Below, in pieces: positions 1 through 9,589 of a stretch of DNA of 64,000 nt. Every line of letters starts with the position of its first letter. The first letter of the stretch is position 1. The DNA is from Nitrosopumilus sp. (GTDB taxonomy: Archaea; Thermoproteota; Nitrososphaeria; Nitrososphaerales; Nitrosopumilaceae). The stretch is taken from assembly GCA_965203315.1 (NCBI GenBank), contig OZ241857.1, positions 864,001-928,000 on the forward strand, given 5' to 3'. The position numbers and the translations under genes are program-made. The notes under the pieces are model-generated. The model was not told the DNA's origin, searched no databases, and saw only the letters and a program-made list of their open reading frames with translations.

Positions 1-1
1 T

Positions 2-193
2 CCATTATCGATACTATATGCAAATACATATGCAACGATATCTGTCTTGTCTGAACTCAAACGTAGTGGAACAACATCTAGACATAGAAAAAAGTTGACC
101 AACTTTGATCAGTTTAATGATCTAGTCGAATTGAAGAGATTTCAAGACATGGAAGTCAAATATGGAACAGACAATAACTCTACCAGATATTAA
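2..193 (+). CDS. 3' end of isocitrate lyase/PEP mutase-family protein (partial)
   Basis: Manual translation PLSILYANTYATISVLSELKRSG...NFDQFNDLVELKRFQDMEVKYG...* resembles the C-terminus of thaumarchaeal ICL/PEPM proteins; 5' end outside window. Confidence 0.65.
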   Translation, partial: PLSILYANTYATISVLSELKRSGTTSRHRKKLTNFDQFNDLVELKRFQDMEVKYGTDNNSTRY

Positions 194-231
194 ATGATAG
201 TCCAAAATAAAAAATTTCAAGTAAAGTGCAG

Positions 232-519
232 TTATGCTGCATTTCTCTTTACTTCAATCTCTATTGTCGAAACGTTTCTGGTTCTACCGTCTTGTGACTC
301 GAGTGATTCGGAGCCAATTTGAATGTCGCCGATAGAGTAACCTGCGTTTTCTGTCTTTCGTGCGATGATTTGAGCTACATCTACAGCTCTAGCGATGCTC
401 AGACCCCTGGCCTTGATGTTCACCGAAGGCAGATTTGCCAGTTGGATCAATGTTGATGTGACATATGCCATCAGTGGTTTCTTACCGATGAATATGGTGT
501 CTCTTGCTTCAGTTGACAT
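232..519 (-). CDS. albA: Alba DNA/RNA-binding chromatin protein
   Basis: IFIGKKPLMAYV...IKARGLSIARAVDVA...NVSTIEI Alba motifs; ATG at 519 preferred over GTG at 534. Confidence 0.93.
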   Translation of the reverse strand: MSTEARDTIFIGKKPLMAYVTSTLIQLANLPSVNIKARGLSIARAVDVAQIIARKTENAGYSIGDIQIGSESLESQDGRTRNVSTIEIEVKRNAA

Positions 520-639
520 AAAAGCTTTGTTCACCTAGGATAATTTAAATCTAAAAAACGATAACTTGCAAAGGCAGAGAATTGAAGAGGTTTGGACAAA
601 ACAGTCAAGATAACTCCAATCACGTTATAGTCTAGATCA

Positions 640-817
640 GGTTCTTTTAACTTAATGGGGGGTTAAGATTAAGTTGTAGGTATTTCGAGAAACGCACGGT
701 ATGCAACTTAAAACAGCAATAATCTACAATGGGTGATCTAACCATTTTTCATGACTTGTAAAATTTTGAGAGAATGTTGCGTGAAAACTATCGACCCCCC
801 GTTAAGTTAAAAGAACC
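640..817. mobile_element. MITE family A, complete copy with 8-bp target site duplication
   Basis: 23-bp TIR GGTTCTTTTAACTTAA(T/C)GGGGGG at both ends; direct repeat CTAGATCA at 632-639 and 818-825. Confidence 0.92.
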
Positions 818-983
818 CTAGATCACATACTTGCCGTCGTTGAGACCAATCTCTGCGTTGTTCTTTTATTCATGTATCTTGCTACCACTAGAATATTCTA
901 GGTTTCATCTGACTAGAGATACGGTCGTTGTTGCAGCATAACAGAGTCCATTTTTAATAAATAATATTAGTTGCCAACAACGT

Positions 984-1544
984 ATGCGAGTTGTGCCAAG
1001 AGATATTATCAGAGTACTAGAGACTGGAACGAGTGAGGCCAAGATCAATGCACTAGAGTCGCTAGATTCCATAGATGATCATGTAGTTTTATCTAAGATG
1101 ATAGAGTTGCTCAATGACTCAGACATTAGAGTCAGAGGTGAGGCTTTTGCTGCACTAACTCTAAACAGCAATGACATAACAGAGATACTTTTGAGAGGTT
1201 TGAGATCAGAGAGTGTAAATGCGCGCAGTTGTATATTGCTCGTACTTGCAAACAGGGAAGAGAAGAGAGTCATTCCAAAGATCATACATTGTACAGACGA
1301 CACAAGCTCGGTTGTAAGATCTTGCGCTGCCGGCGCACTACGACATCTAGGAGCGACAAACGTTGAGCAGATATTTTACAAGCTAGTCTCTGATCCAAAG
1401 ATCGAGGTAAGAGAGAGTGCGCTGTATGGATTAATTGATCTAGAGATTCCAGTACCACCAAACATAGAACATGTCATTGATGTGTCTGACCCGTTAATTG
1501 CTAGACTAGTACAAGAGTGGACCGGAAGGGATTTGAACCCTTGA
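984..1544 (+). CDS. HEAT/PBS-lyase repeat protein
   Basis: Repeated D..VR..A..AL motifs; last codons overlap tRNA-Ala in antisense. Confidence 0.85.
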   Translation: MRVVPRDIIRVLETGTSEAKINALESLDSIDDHVVLSKMIELLNDSDIRVRGEAFAALTLNSNDITEILLRGLRSESVNARSCILLVLANREEKRVIPKIIHCTDDTSSVVRSCAAGALRHLGATNVEQIFYKLVSDPKIEVRESALYGLIDLEIPVPPNIEHVIDVSDPLIARLVQEWTGRDLNP

Positions 1545-1591
1545 TCCGATGCATGCCATGCACCTATCCTACCAGACTAGACGACCGGCCC
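1518..1591 (-). tRNA. tRNA-Ala(GGC)
   Basis: GGGCCGG acceptor stem, anticodon arm GGTGC-ATGGCAT-GCATC, GGTTCAAATCC T-arm. Confidence 0.93.
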
Positions 1592-1793
1592 ACATTTAGT
1601 GATCAAGTGGACTAGAGATCGGTTATTAACTTTTAGTAATATTACCAGATAATTTTAGTAATAGTGTATCACAAGTGTGTCATGGGTACATCTAGTAATA
1701 GTCCAGTACCAAATGATCATTGAATATGCGGTTAGAGTGTTCTAGTAGAATCAACATTATGTATTTAACCTACAAAGTGGACATCTATAATGT

Positions 1794-2639
1794 ATGGTAG
1801 TAGATAACAAGGCAATAATCACTTATGTTCAATTACTAAAAGAGGATCTTGTAATTATGAGGATGGTTCCAAAGGATGGACCTGTTCCAGAGTATGAGGC
1901 AGGTCAGTTCATCACACTTGGACTGCCAAACCCCACAGAAGGTGGAAAGATAGTTAGACGGGCATACTCTATTGCATCACATCCAGAGAATCGAGACTAT
2001 ATAGAGCTAGTCATAAGATGGGTAAGAAAGCCACTTCCAGGAAGATTAACCACACAGTTGTTCAACGCAAAGGAAGGAGATGAGATACTTTGGCTCAAAC
2101 CGACCGGGCGTGCCCTATTGATCAATAACGAGCTGCCAAGTGGTCAGAGAGACGAGCGGAGAATAGTATGTATCGGTGGCGGTACCGGAATCGCACCATT
2201 TGTCAGTTTTGCTCAACATTTGCATGCAACAGGTGACAAACGTGAAATAGTTGTACTACATGGAGCAAGCTATGTAGATGAACTCAGTTACAAGGATCTC
2301 TTGACCGGACTAGAATATGAGAGCATTGCAAGAGGCAAAGAAGAATGGAACTTTACATATAGAGCTGCAATTAGTAGACCACAAGAATGGTTCAATAGAT
2401 CATGGTCAGGTCAAGTTGGAAGGGTTGAGACATTTCTGAGACCCAGAGATAATGGTCTATCACCACTAGAAGAACTCGTGGGTGAAAAGATCACAAAAGA
2501 GAATACAATATTTTATGTGTGTGGATGGCAAGGTACTATTGACGGTGTTATGGACTTTTTAAAACCAAAAGGATTTTTGACGGAGCAAGAGAAACGTCCT
2601 GATGGAAGTTTTGAAGTAAAATACGAGTCGTACGGTTAA
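1794..2639 (+). CDS. Ferredoxin--NADP(+) reductase-family flavoprotein
   Basis: RRAYSIAS FAD motif, GGGTGIAPF and YVCG NAD(P) motifs. Confidence 0.92.
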   Translation: MVVDNKAIITYVQLLKEDLVIMRMVPKDGPVPEYEAGQFITLGLPNPTEGGKIVRRAYSIASHPENRDYIELVIRWVRKPLPGRLTTQLFNAKEGDEILWLKPTGRALLINNELPSGQRDERRIVCIGGGTGIAPFVSFAQHLHATGDKREIVVLHGASYVDELSYKDLLTGLEYESIARGKEEWNFTYRAAISRPQEWFNRSWSGQVGRVETFLRPRDNGLSPLEELVGEKITKENTIFYVCGWQGTIDGVMDFLKPKGFLTEQEKRPDGSFEVKYESYG

Positions 2640-2659
2640 CACACACTATCAGAACAGCA

Positions 2660-3259
2660 TTGACGACAGCACTATATCTTGCGCATCTAAACCCGATAAC
2701 AAACGCACATGTAGAGATCATACAAGAGTTGATAGATCAGGCAGATAGTGTAAAGGTCATGCCAGTAGTCTTTAGACTAGATGATACCGAAGTGAACAGT
2801 AAGAGCTTTCCATTCGACTTTGATACACGAAGAATGATGCTTGAATCGGTATTCGATGATACGATAAACATAACAGACGATTATACTTTTGAAGCTCCTT
2901 TCAAGCGATACTTTCCACCGCTACTTGCTCCAAAGTCATGGGATCTACGAAGACAGATACTACATGACATCGATGATGAATTTTTCACATACACAGGAGA
3001 CAAGACAGAAGGTTTGATGTTAAAGATCTATAGACTACATCCAAAGGTCGGAGAGCGACGTAAACTTGCAGCATCTGTCGTAAAAGCAAAGATGTACAAA
3101 GAAGCACTAGGTGGTGATGATACATGGAGTACGGATGTACCAAAGACAATAGTAGACATAATTCGAGACAGATGGGATATAGTCAAACGATTTGCACAAA
3201 GTGAAGATGCTACTAGACGTATAGCTGGAATGAAGTTTCCAAGAGAAGGATGGTCATGA
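2660..3259 (+). CDS. Nucleotidyltransferase (cytidylyl/NMN adenylyltransferase-like)
   Basis: HLNPITNAH HIGH-like motif near the N-terminus. Confidence 0.75.
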   Translation: MTTALYLAHLNPITNAHVEIIQELIDQADSVKVMPVVFRLDDTEVNSKSFPFDFDTRRMMLESVFDDTINITDDYTFEAPFKRYFPPLLAPKSWDLRRQILHDIDDEFFTYTGDKTEGLMLKIYRLHPKVGERRKLAASVVKAKMYKEALGGDDTWSTDVPKTIVDIIRDRWDIVKRFAQSEDATRRIAGMKFPREGWS

Positions 3260-3656
3260 TTTAGCGATGATGACAGTACACACGAGACTGTATGCGTATT
3301 TCTTATATCATACGCACATTTTAAAGTACAATAAAACACAGGTATAATTTCCAGAGGTAAACCGATTCATTGTTATCATGTTCGATGACGGGACATGAGC
3401 ACTCAATAATGCGAATACAGTCTTATGATATTTTGTGTAGTATGTTTTGATAGGTCTGGTTTTGTAAAATCTCATAAAACCTCAATGCCAATACTCGACC
3501 ATATCTAGAAACGCAAACATGGATTCGATTTAACTACAATCATACATGTCATAATGAAAAGGTGACAAAACATGGATTCCGAGATCGACACGATACGTCT
3601 CTCGATAAGAGTCCAAACAAGAATAGATTAATACACATATGAACTGATCTTATGGT

Positions 3657-4568
3657 ATGAATCTATCAAAGTATGTCTGGTTTGATGGCAAATATGTTAT
3701 TGCAGAGAAGGCAAAGGTACCTATAACAACACATGCCATTCACTATGGAACATCGATCTTTGAAGGCATACGAGCATACTGGAATGGTGAAAATCTACAC
3801 ATATTTCGACTCAATGAGCACCTGAAGCGATTTAGAAGATCAGGCAAGTTTTATGATATCGAGTTGAGATTCTCAGATAAAGATATGTACAATGCAATGA
3901 TCGGTATCTGTAAAAAGAACAAGATAAAGGCATCGTGCTATATACGACCATTCTACTTTGTTGGCAATTATGGAATAAATCTAAACGTTACAAAAGAGTC
4001 TCCAACAAATACAGCCATCTTTGTATTTCCGTTTGGTGATCTATTTGACAAGAGAGGCATATCGGCCAAGATATCTTCATGGAGAAAGTTCTCAGACAAC
4101 TCGACTCCACCTCAAGCAAAGATGGGAGGAAACTATCTCAACTCGATAATTGCTACGCAAGAAGCAAAAAAGTATGGCGCAGACGAGTCCATACTATTGA
4201 ATCATAATGGAGATGTCAGCGAGGCTCCTGGCGAGAATATCTTTATTGTAAGAGATGATATCGTATCAACACCAACGTTATCATCATCAGCTCTAGAAGG
4301 AATTACAAGAGATGCAGTCATCAAGATTGTCAATAACAACGAGATCGATGTGACGGAGCGCATCATTACGCGCAGTGAGTTACTAGTTGCAGATGAGGTG
4401 TTTCTCACAGGAACAGCAGCAGAGATCACGCCAGTTGTAAGCATCGATGGTGCAAAGATCGGAAATGGTAAACCAGGTACAATTACTAAAAAAGTGATCA
4501 AAGAGTACAACGATATCGTGACGGGCAGAGACGACAGATACTCTGATTGGTTGACTGCGGTGTACTAG
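3657..4568 (+). CDS. ilvE: Branched-chain amino acid aminotransferase
   Basis: HYGTSIFEGIR, AKMGGNYLNS (PLP Lys), LEGITR, GTAAE motifs. Confidence 0.95.
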   Translation: MNLSKYVWFDGKYVIAEKAKVPITTHAIHYGTSIFEGIRAYWNGENLHIFRLNEHLKRFRRSGKFYDIELRFSDKDMYNAMIGICKKNKIKASCYIRPFYFVGNYGINLNVTKESPTNTAIFVFPFGDLFDKRGISAKISSWRKFSDNSTPPQAKMGGNYLNSIIATQEAKKYGADESILLNHNGDVSEAPGENIFIVRDDIVSTPTLSSSALEGITRDAVIKIVNNNEIDVTERIITRSELLVADEVFLTGTAAEITPVVSIDGAKIGNGKPGTITKKVIKEYNDIVTGRDDRYSDWLTAVY

Positions 4569-5504
4569 ATGAAGATCGTCCAAGTAGGTGTAGGAGGATG
4601 GGGGCAGAATCATGTCCGTACACTCTCAGATATGGGAGTACTTGGAGCAGTCTGCGACAGTGATATCGGTAGAGCAGAAGAGTATGCTACAAAGTACGGT
4701 GTAAAGAGCTACGACTCGATCGATACGCTGTTGAGTACAGAAGAGTTTGACGGTGTGGTAATTGCGACACCCACATTGACACATGTAGACATTGCAAAGA
4801 GATTCATCGAAGCAAAAAAGCACGTCTTTGTCGAGAAACCTCTCACATATAGATCTAGTGACGGAGAATATTTAGCCAATCTAGCTAAAAAGAACAACAT
4901 ACTTTTAACATGTGGATATATAGAGAGATTTAATCCAGCTGTAGAGCGAGTCAAAAAGATGATCATAGACGGCACATACGGCGATCTGATAATGCTCGAT
5001 TTTAGAAGAGAGAATAGAATACCAATACATGTAACTGATGTGGGAGTGATTTATGATACATCAGTACATGATATCGATACAGCAAATTGGCTGTTTGATG
5101 AGATGCCACATGTCGTATATGCAAGAGCTGGAAAGATACGACAGAAACATGAAGACTTTGCAAGCATAATGCTCGGATATGATAAAGATCGTATTGCATT
5201 AATTACTGCAAATTGGATAACACCAAAACGGGTTAGACGTTTTAATGCCATATGTCACGATGCGGTAATATCATCGGACTTTATTACACAAGAGATAACA
5301 GTAGAAGACAATGAACAAACATCTACCATACATAGTAAGAGACAAGAACCATTATTAGTAGAGTTGCAGAGTTTTGTTGGTGCAATAGAGGGAAACAACG
5401 AACATATCGTTACAGCTGAACAAGCAGTAAACGTTACAAAGATCGCCGAAGCTGCACTTTTATCTAGTCAAAAGGGTACCCCAATATACTTGGAGTTAAA
5501 ATGA
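4569..5504 (+). CDS. Gfo/Idh/MocA oxidoreductase
   Basis: GVGGWG Rossmann fold, EKP and DTSVHDID motifs. Confidence 0.92.
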   Translation: MKIVQVGVGGWGQNHVRTLSDMGVLGAVCDSDIGRAEEYATKYGVKSYDSIDTLLSTEEFDGVVIATPTLTHVDIAKRFIEAKKHVFVEKPLTYRSSDGEYLANLAKKNNILLTCGYIERFNPAVERVKKMIIDGTYGDLIMLDFRRENRIPIHVTDVGVIYDTSVHDIDTANWLFDEMPHVVYARAGKIRQKHEDFASIMLGYDKDRIALITANWITPKRVRRFNAICHDAVISSDFITQEITVEDNEQTSTIHSKRQEPLLVELQSFVGAIEGNNEHIVTAEQAVNVTKIAEAALLSSQKGTPIYLELK

Positions 5505-5779
5505 GAAAGACCATGATGGACATCCTAGCATGTCCCATAGACAAGACCCATCCACTAGAACTGACTGTGATAAACGAGAGAGATGATATTGTATCAGAGG
5601 GTGTGCTGTCATGCCCAAAATGCAGTAGATTCTATCCGATAATCGAAGATATTCCAATAATGCTACCAGATGAGCTACGGGATAAAGAACAAGAGATCGA
5701 TTTTCTTACAAAGTTCAAGGAAAAGATACCCAAAACAGTCCTCACGTCTGCAAATCCTTGGCACCTCGAGATAGAATAA
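5501..5779 (+). CDS. Trm112 family protein
   Basis: ILACPIDK...CPKCSRFYPIIEDIPIML. Confidence 0.9.
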   Translation: MRKTMMDILACPIDKTHPLELTVINERDDIVSEGVLSCPKCSRFYPIIEDIPIMLPDELRDKEQEIDFLTKFKEKIPKTVLTSANPWHLEIE

Positions 5780-5906
5780 AGCTTTGTAGAATCATCTAGA
5801 GAGACAAAAAGTCACAATTACTATTGGTTCTATCCGATGAATATTTGGGCGGTCGACAAGTCTGGGATTTGTACGGAAACGTATGAATGACCAAAGTAGT
5901 TTTTAT

Positions 5907-6022
5907 GGACTCTTCGATTTGCATGGGATGAAATTTCGCGAGATTTTTTTCATAATTTTCCTTTATAGAATCTTGTAGTACTTTTTCTGTCACCATTCAC
6001 CCCACATGAACCGAAAAGATTC
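5907..6022. mobile_element. MITE family B copy
   Basis: GGACTCTTCGATTTGCATGGGATG...CCCCACATGAACCGAAAAGATTC imperfect TIRs; shared core GAATCTTGTAGTACTTTTTCTGT. Confidence 0.8.
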
Positions 6023-6222
6023 AAGAATAACACCTAGCCAAGAGAACTATGTTTTGTACAAAAAGTGCTATCTGAGTTATCTACGAATATGTTTAAAATC
6101 TTTAGGCATTCTGAATTTAGGATAGTGTTAGATGTATGATGTATGTGCTAGAATATATCTCAAGTATACAAAAACCATCTAGATTTTTCCACAGTTAGTA
6201 ATCAGCTAGTAATCGTAAGAGG

Positions 6223-6618
6223 CTATGTGAAACCGATAGGAGGTCTAAATTCTGATCTGTCAAGTAACTCAATAATTTCATCAATCTTTTTTGGATACTT
6301 GATTCCTTTACTGCTTAGCATCTTTAAGAGTCCTTGCAAATCGAGATATTTTATTCCTGATCTTGATGCTATTTTTTGTGCTCTCTTGTCATCAAGGATA
6401 CAATAAATATTATTCTCACATCCACCTAACTTTTGACAAGTCAAGAGTACATCTATCTCACCTATTTCAGCTTTTCGTCCATCTCGTTGAGTTTTATGGA
6501 TCTCTTTTAGGGAATTCTTTCTGTGCCGTGTGAGTTTGCCTTCTCTGATCAATCTCTTTACATTTGAACGTGTTCTATCGTCCTTTAACTCGTCCCATAC
6601 AAAATTTGTTATCGCCAG
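6223..6618 (-). pseudogene. PIN-domain (DUF3368-like) toxin, C-terminal part, split by IS66
   Basis: GEIDVL and ILDDKRAQKIA PIN motifs; joins in frame to 8326-8418 once the IS and one TSD copy are removed. Confidence 0.85.
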
Positions 6619-6626
6619 TTCATGTC

Positions 6627-8325
6627 GTACGAGGTTAGGTCTAAAAGATCTACCCAAAGGGACAACTTTTCTAGATAATCTAGGCTAAATCCAAACATTA
6701 CCAATTATGACAATGTCTAGACAGATCGCGAGACAAAAGACTACCAAAAAAGATAGGGAGACATCTGCCAAGATAGCAGATCTAGAGGATACTGTCAAGC
6801 AGCAAAATGATACCATCGAACAACAACAAGAGACCATTACGAGTCTACAAAAACAAGTTGCAAAGCATAAGAGAATGAATATGAAACTGTACGAGATTTT
6901 ACTTGCTACAATTATGGGACTTCAAGTATCTCCAAATTCAATCAATGATTGTTTTAATGTATTCCAAAGGATGATCAAAATTATAGAACGTGGTCAACAA
7001 CTATCACAGACCAAGATTCGTAACACCAGAAAAAAGATAGAGGGTAAAAAAGAAAAGATAGAGGTACAAACAGCACAGGCCAAGAACAAAGAAACGAGAC
7101 GCAAGCAGCTCGACAATTCTAACGTACCCTCATCAAAACAACCAGATCATGTAAAAAAGGGTACAAGAAAATCTAAAAGCGAATGGAAAAAAGCAGGACA
7201 GGACAAGGGTCACAAAGGAGTTTCCGACAACATAAAAACAGACAAGACAAGACATCATAAAAAAGAAAAGTGTGATGGATGTGGCAGTAAGCATGTTGAC
7301 AACAAGAGGTCTAGACAAAAGAGAACGATTGACATACAGATCATAATATTACACATACTCCATATCGGATACTTTTACAACTGTAGAGATTGTGGCGCAT
7401 CAGGTGATACATTCGACAGCATCCCAGACATACTACACAACACCATGTTGTGCCCAATTCTAGGCGTGATTGCAACCATAATGAGAAAGAATGGCTGTAG
7501 TATCAGAACAATAACCAGTACTCTCCAATGCCTAGACCCGTGTATATCTAAAAAGATGGTAACGGGAGCAATAGACACGATTGCCGATAAACTAGACAAA
7601 TATGTCAAAAAAATAGAGAGAATGAACCTAAAATCCAAGGTAATCTACATGGATGAGACGTCGATGTCCCTTGCTGCGAAATTGGGATGGGTCTGGGTTC
7701 TTGTCGGCGATTATGGTACGCAATTTATCATATCGCCAGATCGTACAAAAAAGTTTCTAGAAAAAACGTTCAAAAAGTATATTCTGATACCACTCGTGTC
7801 GGATGGATATGCCGTGTACAAACTATTCAATGTACGGCAACGTTGTTGGGCGCACATACTGCGAAATGCAAAAGATACAATGTGTGACGTACATACTGTA
7901 CTAATGTACAAAAGATTACAGAAACTACTTGAAATTGCAAAAGCACTACAGGTGGACAATCCCAATCATGTGGACATATACCTAAAATACAGAGTAGATG
8001 ATCTAGTGCAAAAGACATTATCACTTGCAGCAGAGTACAAGAAACTAGATAACGAAGCTTGTCGCAAATTTGGAGTTCATTTAGCGAATGCAGCAGATGA
8101 TCTATACACGTTTGTGCTATACTATGGTATGGAATACACAAACAACAGGGCAGAGCGCGCTATACGATCAATGGTGCTATTCCGCAAGGTAACTCAACGT
8201 ATTGTATCTGAGGAGAGTAAGCGACGAGTTGGCAATATCTTTACATGTGTAACAACATGGGAGCAACAAGGCCTCAACGTCTATGATACACTCCTAAAAG
8301 TTGTGCGTGAGACCTAACCTCATAC
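6627..8325 (+). mobile_element. IS66-family element (single-ORF, ISBst12-like)
   Basis: 16-bp TIR GTA(C/T)GAGGTTAGGTCT; 8-bp TSD TTCATGTC at 6619-6626 and 8326-8333. Confidence 0.95.
6707..8317 (+). CDS. IS66 transposase
   Basis: NSNVPSS, Zn ribbon CxxC, MDET, SDGY, QRCWAH and TNNRAERAIR motifs. Confidence 0.95.
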   Translation: MTMSRQIARQKTTKKDRETSAKIADLEDTVKQQNDTIEQQQETITSLQKQVAKHKRMNMKLYEILLATIMGLQVSPNSINDCFNVFQRMIKIIERGQQLSQTKIRNTRKKIEGKKEKIEVQTAQAKNKETRRKQLDNSNVPSSKQPDHVKKGTRKSKSEWKKAGQDKGHKGVSDNIKTDKTRHHKKEKCDGCGSKHVDNKRSRQKRTIDIQIIILHILHIGYFYNCRDCGASGDTFDSIPDILHNTMLCPILGVIATIMRKNGCSIRTITSTLQCLDPCISKKMVTGAIDTIADKLDKYVKKIERMNLKSKVIYMDETSMSLAAKLGWVWVLVGDYGTQFIISPDRTKKFLEKTFKKYILIPLVSDGYAVYKLFNVRQRCWAHILRNAKDTMCDVHTVLMYKRLQKLLEIAKALQVDNPNHVDIYLKYRVDDLVQKTLSLAAEYKKLDNEACRKFGVHLANAADDLYTFVLYYGMEYTNNRAERAIRSMVLFRKVTQRIVSEESKRRVGNIFTCVTTWEQQGLNVYDTLLKVVRET

Positions 8326-8418
8326 TTCATGTCCCAATTGTAAAATATAATCAAATGCTTGTGGATACTGGAATTGATTAAATATCGCAATCAATGGCGA
8401 AGAGTCAAATATCTTCAA
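8326..8418 (-). pseudogene. PIN-domain toxin, N-terminal 31 codons
   Basis: Manual translation MKIFDSSPLIAIFNQFQYPQAFDYILQLGHE (TTG start) carries the first PIN acidic motif DSSPLI. Confidence 0.85.
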
Positions 8419-8420
8419 TG

Positions 8421-9029
8421 TCAGATCCAGAATAATTTTCTTTTGGCCATCTCATCCATCATTATGTGTTTAGGTATACCAAGTAATTCTCCTGCTCTAC
8501 CTAGAGTAATCTTTTCTTTTACATACATTGAAATTATATGTTCTTTAATATCTGGTTTGAGTTTTTCATATGTTTTGGAACCTTTGGTCATATCTGGATA
8601 ATCACAGTACATATACGACAGCATCTCTGGTACGGTTATGTCATTGAGCATACTTTTATGATTGCTACATACTTGTGATATCTTTATATCAAATATGTCT
8701 TGAATCACTGGCATCCCACCCTTCTCATCTACGATAGCTTTTGCACATTCTATACTGTACTTGGTTAATTGAATGGTATCGTTTTTTTCTATCAGCATAT
8801 TCATGTGTACTAGGTGCTCCAAAGTATCATCTAGAACAGTACTGTATGGACCATCATCTTTTACTGTAAAATTACACCACTCTCTGATCTCTGGATAGGA
8901 ATCGCCCAACATGTACATCAAGACTTGGAGTTTCTGTCTACCGTGTATTGGCTCATCATCCACACATACAAGTAAAAGTATGTACTTTTCGAGTTCACTG
9001 ATCTCTAGAGTTGCAGTGTCTATTGCCAT
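8421..9029 (-). CDS. Putative antitoxin: wHTH/SocA-like N-domain plus UPF0175-like C-terminal HTH
   Basis: GRQKLQVLMY...GPYS motif; C-terminal YVKEKITLGRAGELLG; lies 2 bp upstream of the PIN gene. Confidence 0.7.
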   Translation of the reverse strand: MAIDTATLEISELEKYILLLVCVDDEPIHGRQKLQVLMYMLGDSYPEIREWCNFTVKDDGPYSTVLDDTLEHLVHMNMLIEKNDTIQLTKYSIECAKAIVDEKGGMPVIQDIFDIKISQVCSNHKSMLNDITVPEMLSYMYCDYPDMTKGSKTYEKLKPDIKEHIISMYVKEKITLGRAGELLGIPKHIMMDEMAKRKLFWI

Positions 9030-9090
9030 ACTATTTTTATCCCCATGACGACATAAAAATATTCTGAAGTTACACAGTCATGGTACCATG

Positions 9091-9340
9091 TATTCTTTGG
9101 TTTACATGGAACAAAATTTTTACAGAAAAAGTACTATGTGATTCTATAGTCGTGAACATGAGAATTTTCCTAGTGTTCAGTATCACAATTTGGTGTTATA
9201 TGTTCTGCCAGAGGTAAATTCCGTCTCTGATCCCACATATACGGGAGTAAACAAGAAAACAATTCCATTCGTGACCACATAATGAAAATTTAGTGAGAAC
9301 ATTCTTGTAAAGGATCATCTCATGTAAATCGAAGAGATTC
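9091..9340. mobile_element. MITE family B copy (reverse orientation) interrupted by a family C MITE
   Basis: TTCTTTGGTTTACATGG...CATGTAAATCGAAGAGATTC ends; internal TACAGAAAAAGTACTA. Confidence 0.75.
9145..9279. mobile_element. MITE family C, nested copy
   Basis: Reverse-complement match to 48071-48205; ends TATAGTCGTGAAC / TTCGTGACCACA. Confidence 0.8.
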
Positions 9341-9370
9341 TATAGAGCAGATATTATTTGTAATATGTGA

Positions 9371-9589
9371 TTACGCTCTATAAAAGAACCAGTTCTTGAA
9401 CTTTGATAGTATTACAACCCAGATCACAACCATGATAATCGCAACTATACCTTTGAGGAGAGATGTTACAATCTCATCAAGAGTACCAAATCCAGATATT
9501 GATAGAGGTCCAAGAATGATCACTGCGAATCCACCACCAAGAATGATCAACCCCCACATGCCAAGTAAAAATATGACAAGTTGTTTCAT
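9371..9589 (-). CDS. Small two-TM membrane protein
   Basis: Two hydrophobic segments; ATGA overlap with upstream glycosyltransferase. Confidence 0.75.
   Translation of the reverse strand: MKQLVIFLLGMWGLIILGGGFAVIILGPLSISGFGTLDEIVTSLLKGIVAIIMVVIWVVILSKFKNWFFYRA

Noticed and set aside
5796-5996. 66-aa ORF (likewise 45279-45527, 47924-48157, 29014-29445)
   Set aside because: These reading frames run through MITEs and show no protein features
6619-6657. N-terminus of the 144-aa ORF (MGRSFRPNLVR)
   Set aside because: Derived from the IS66 terminal repeat; the true start is at 8418
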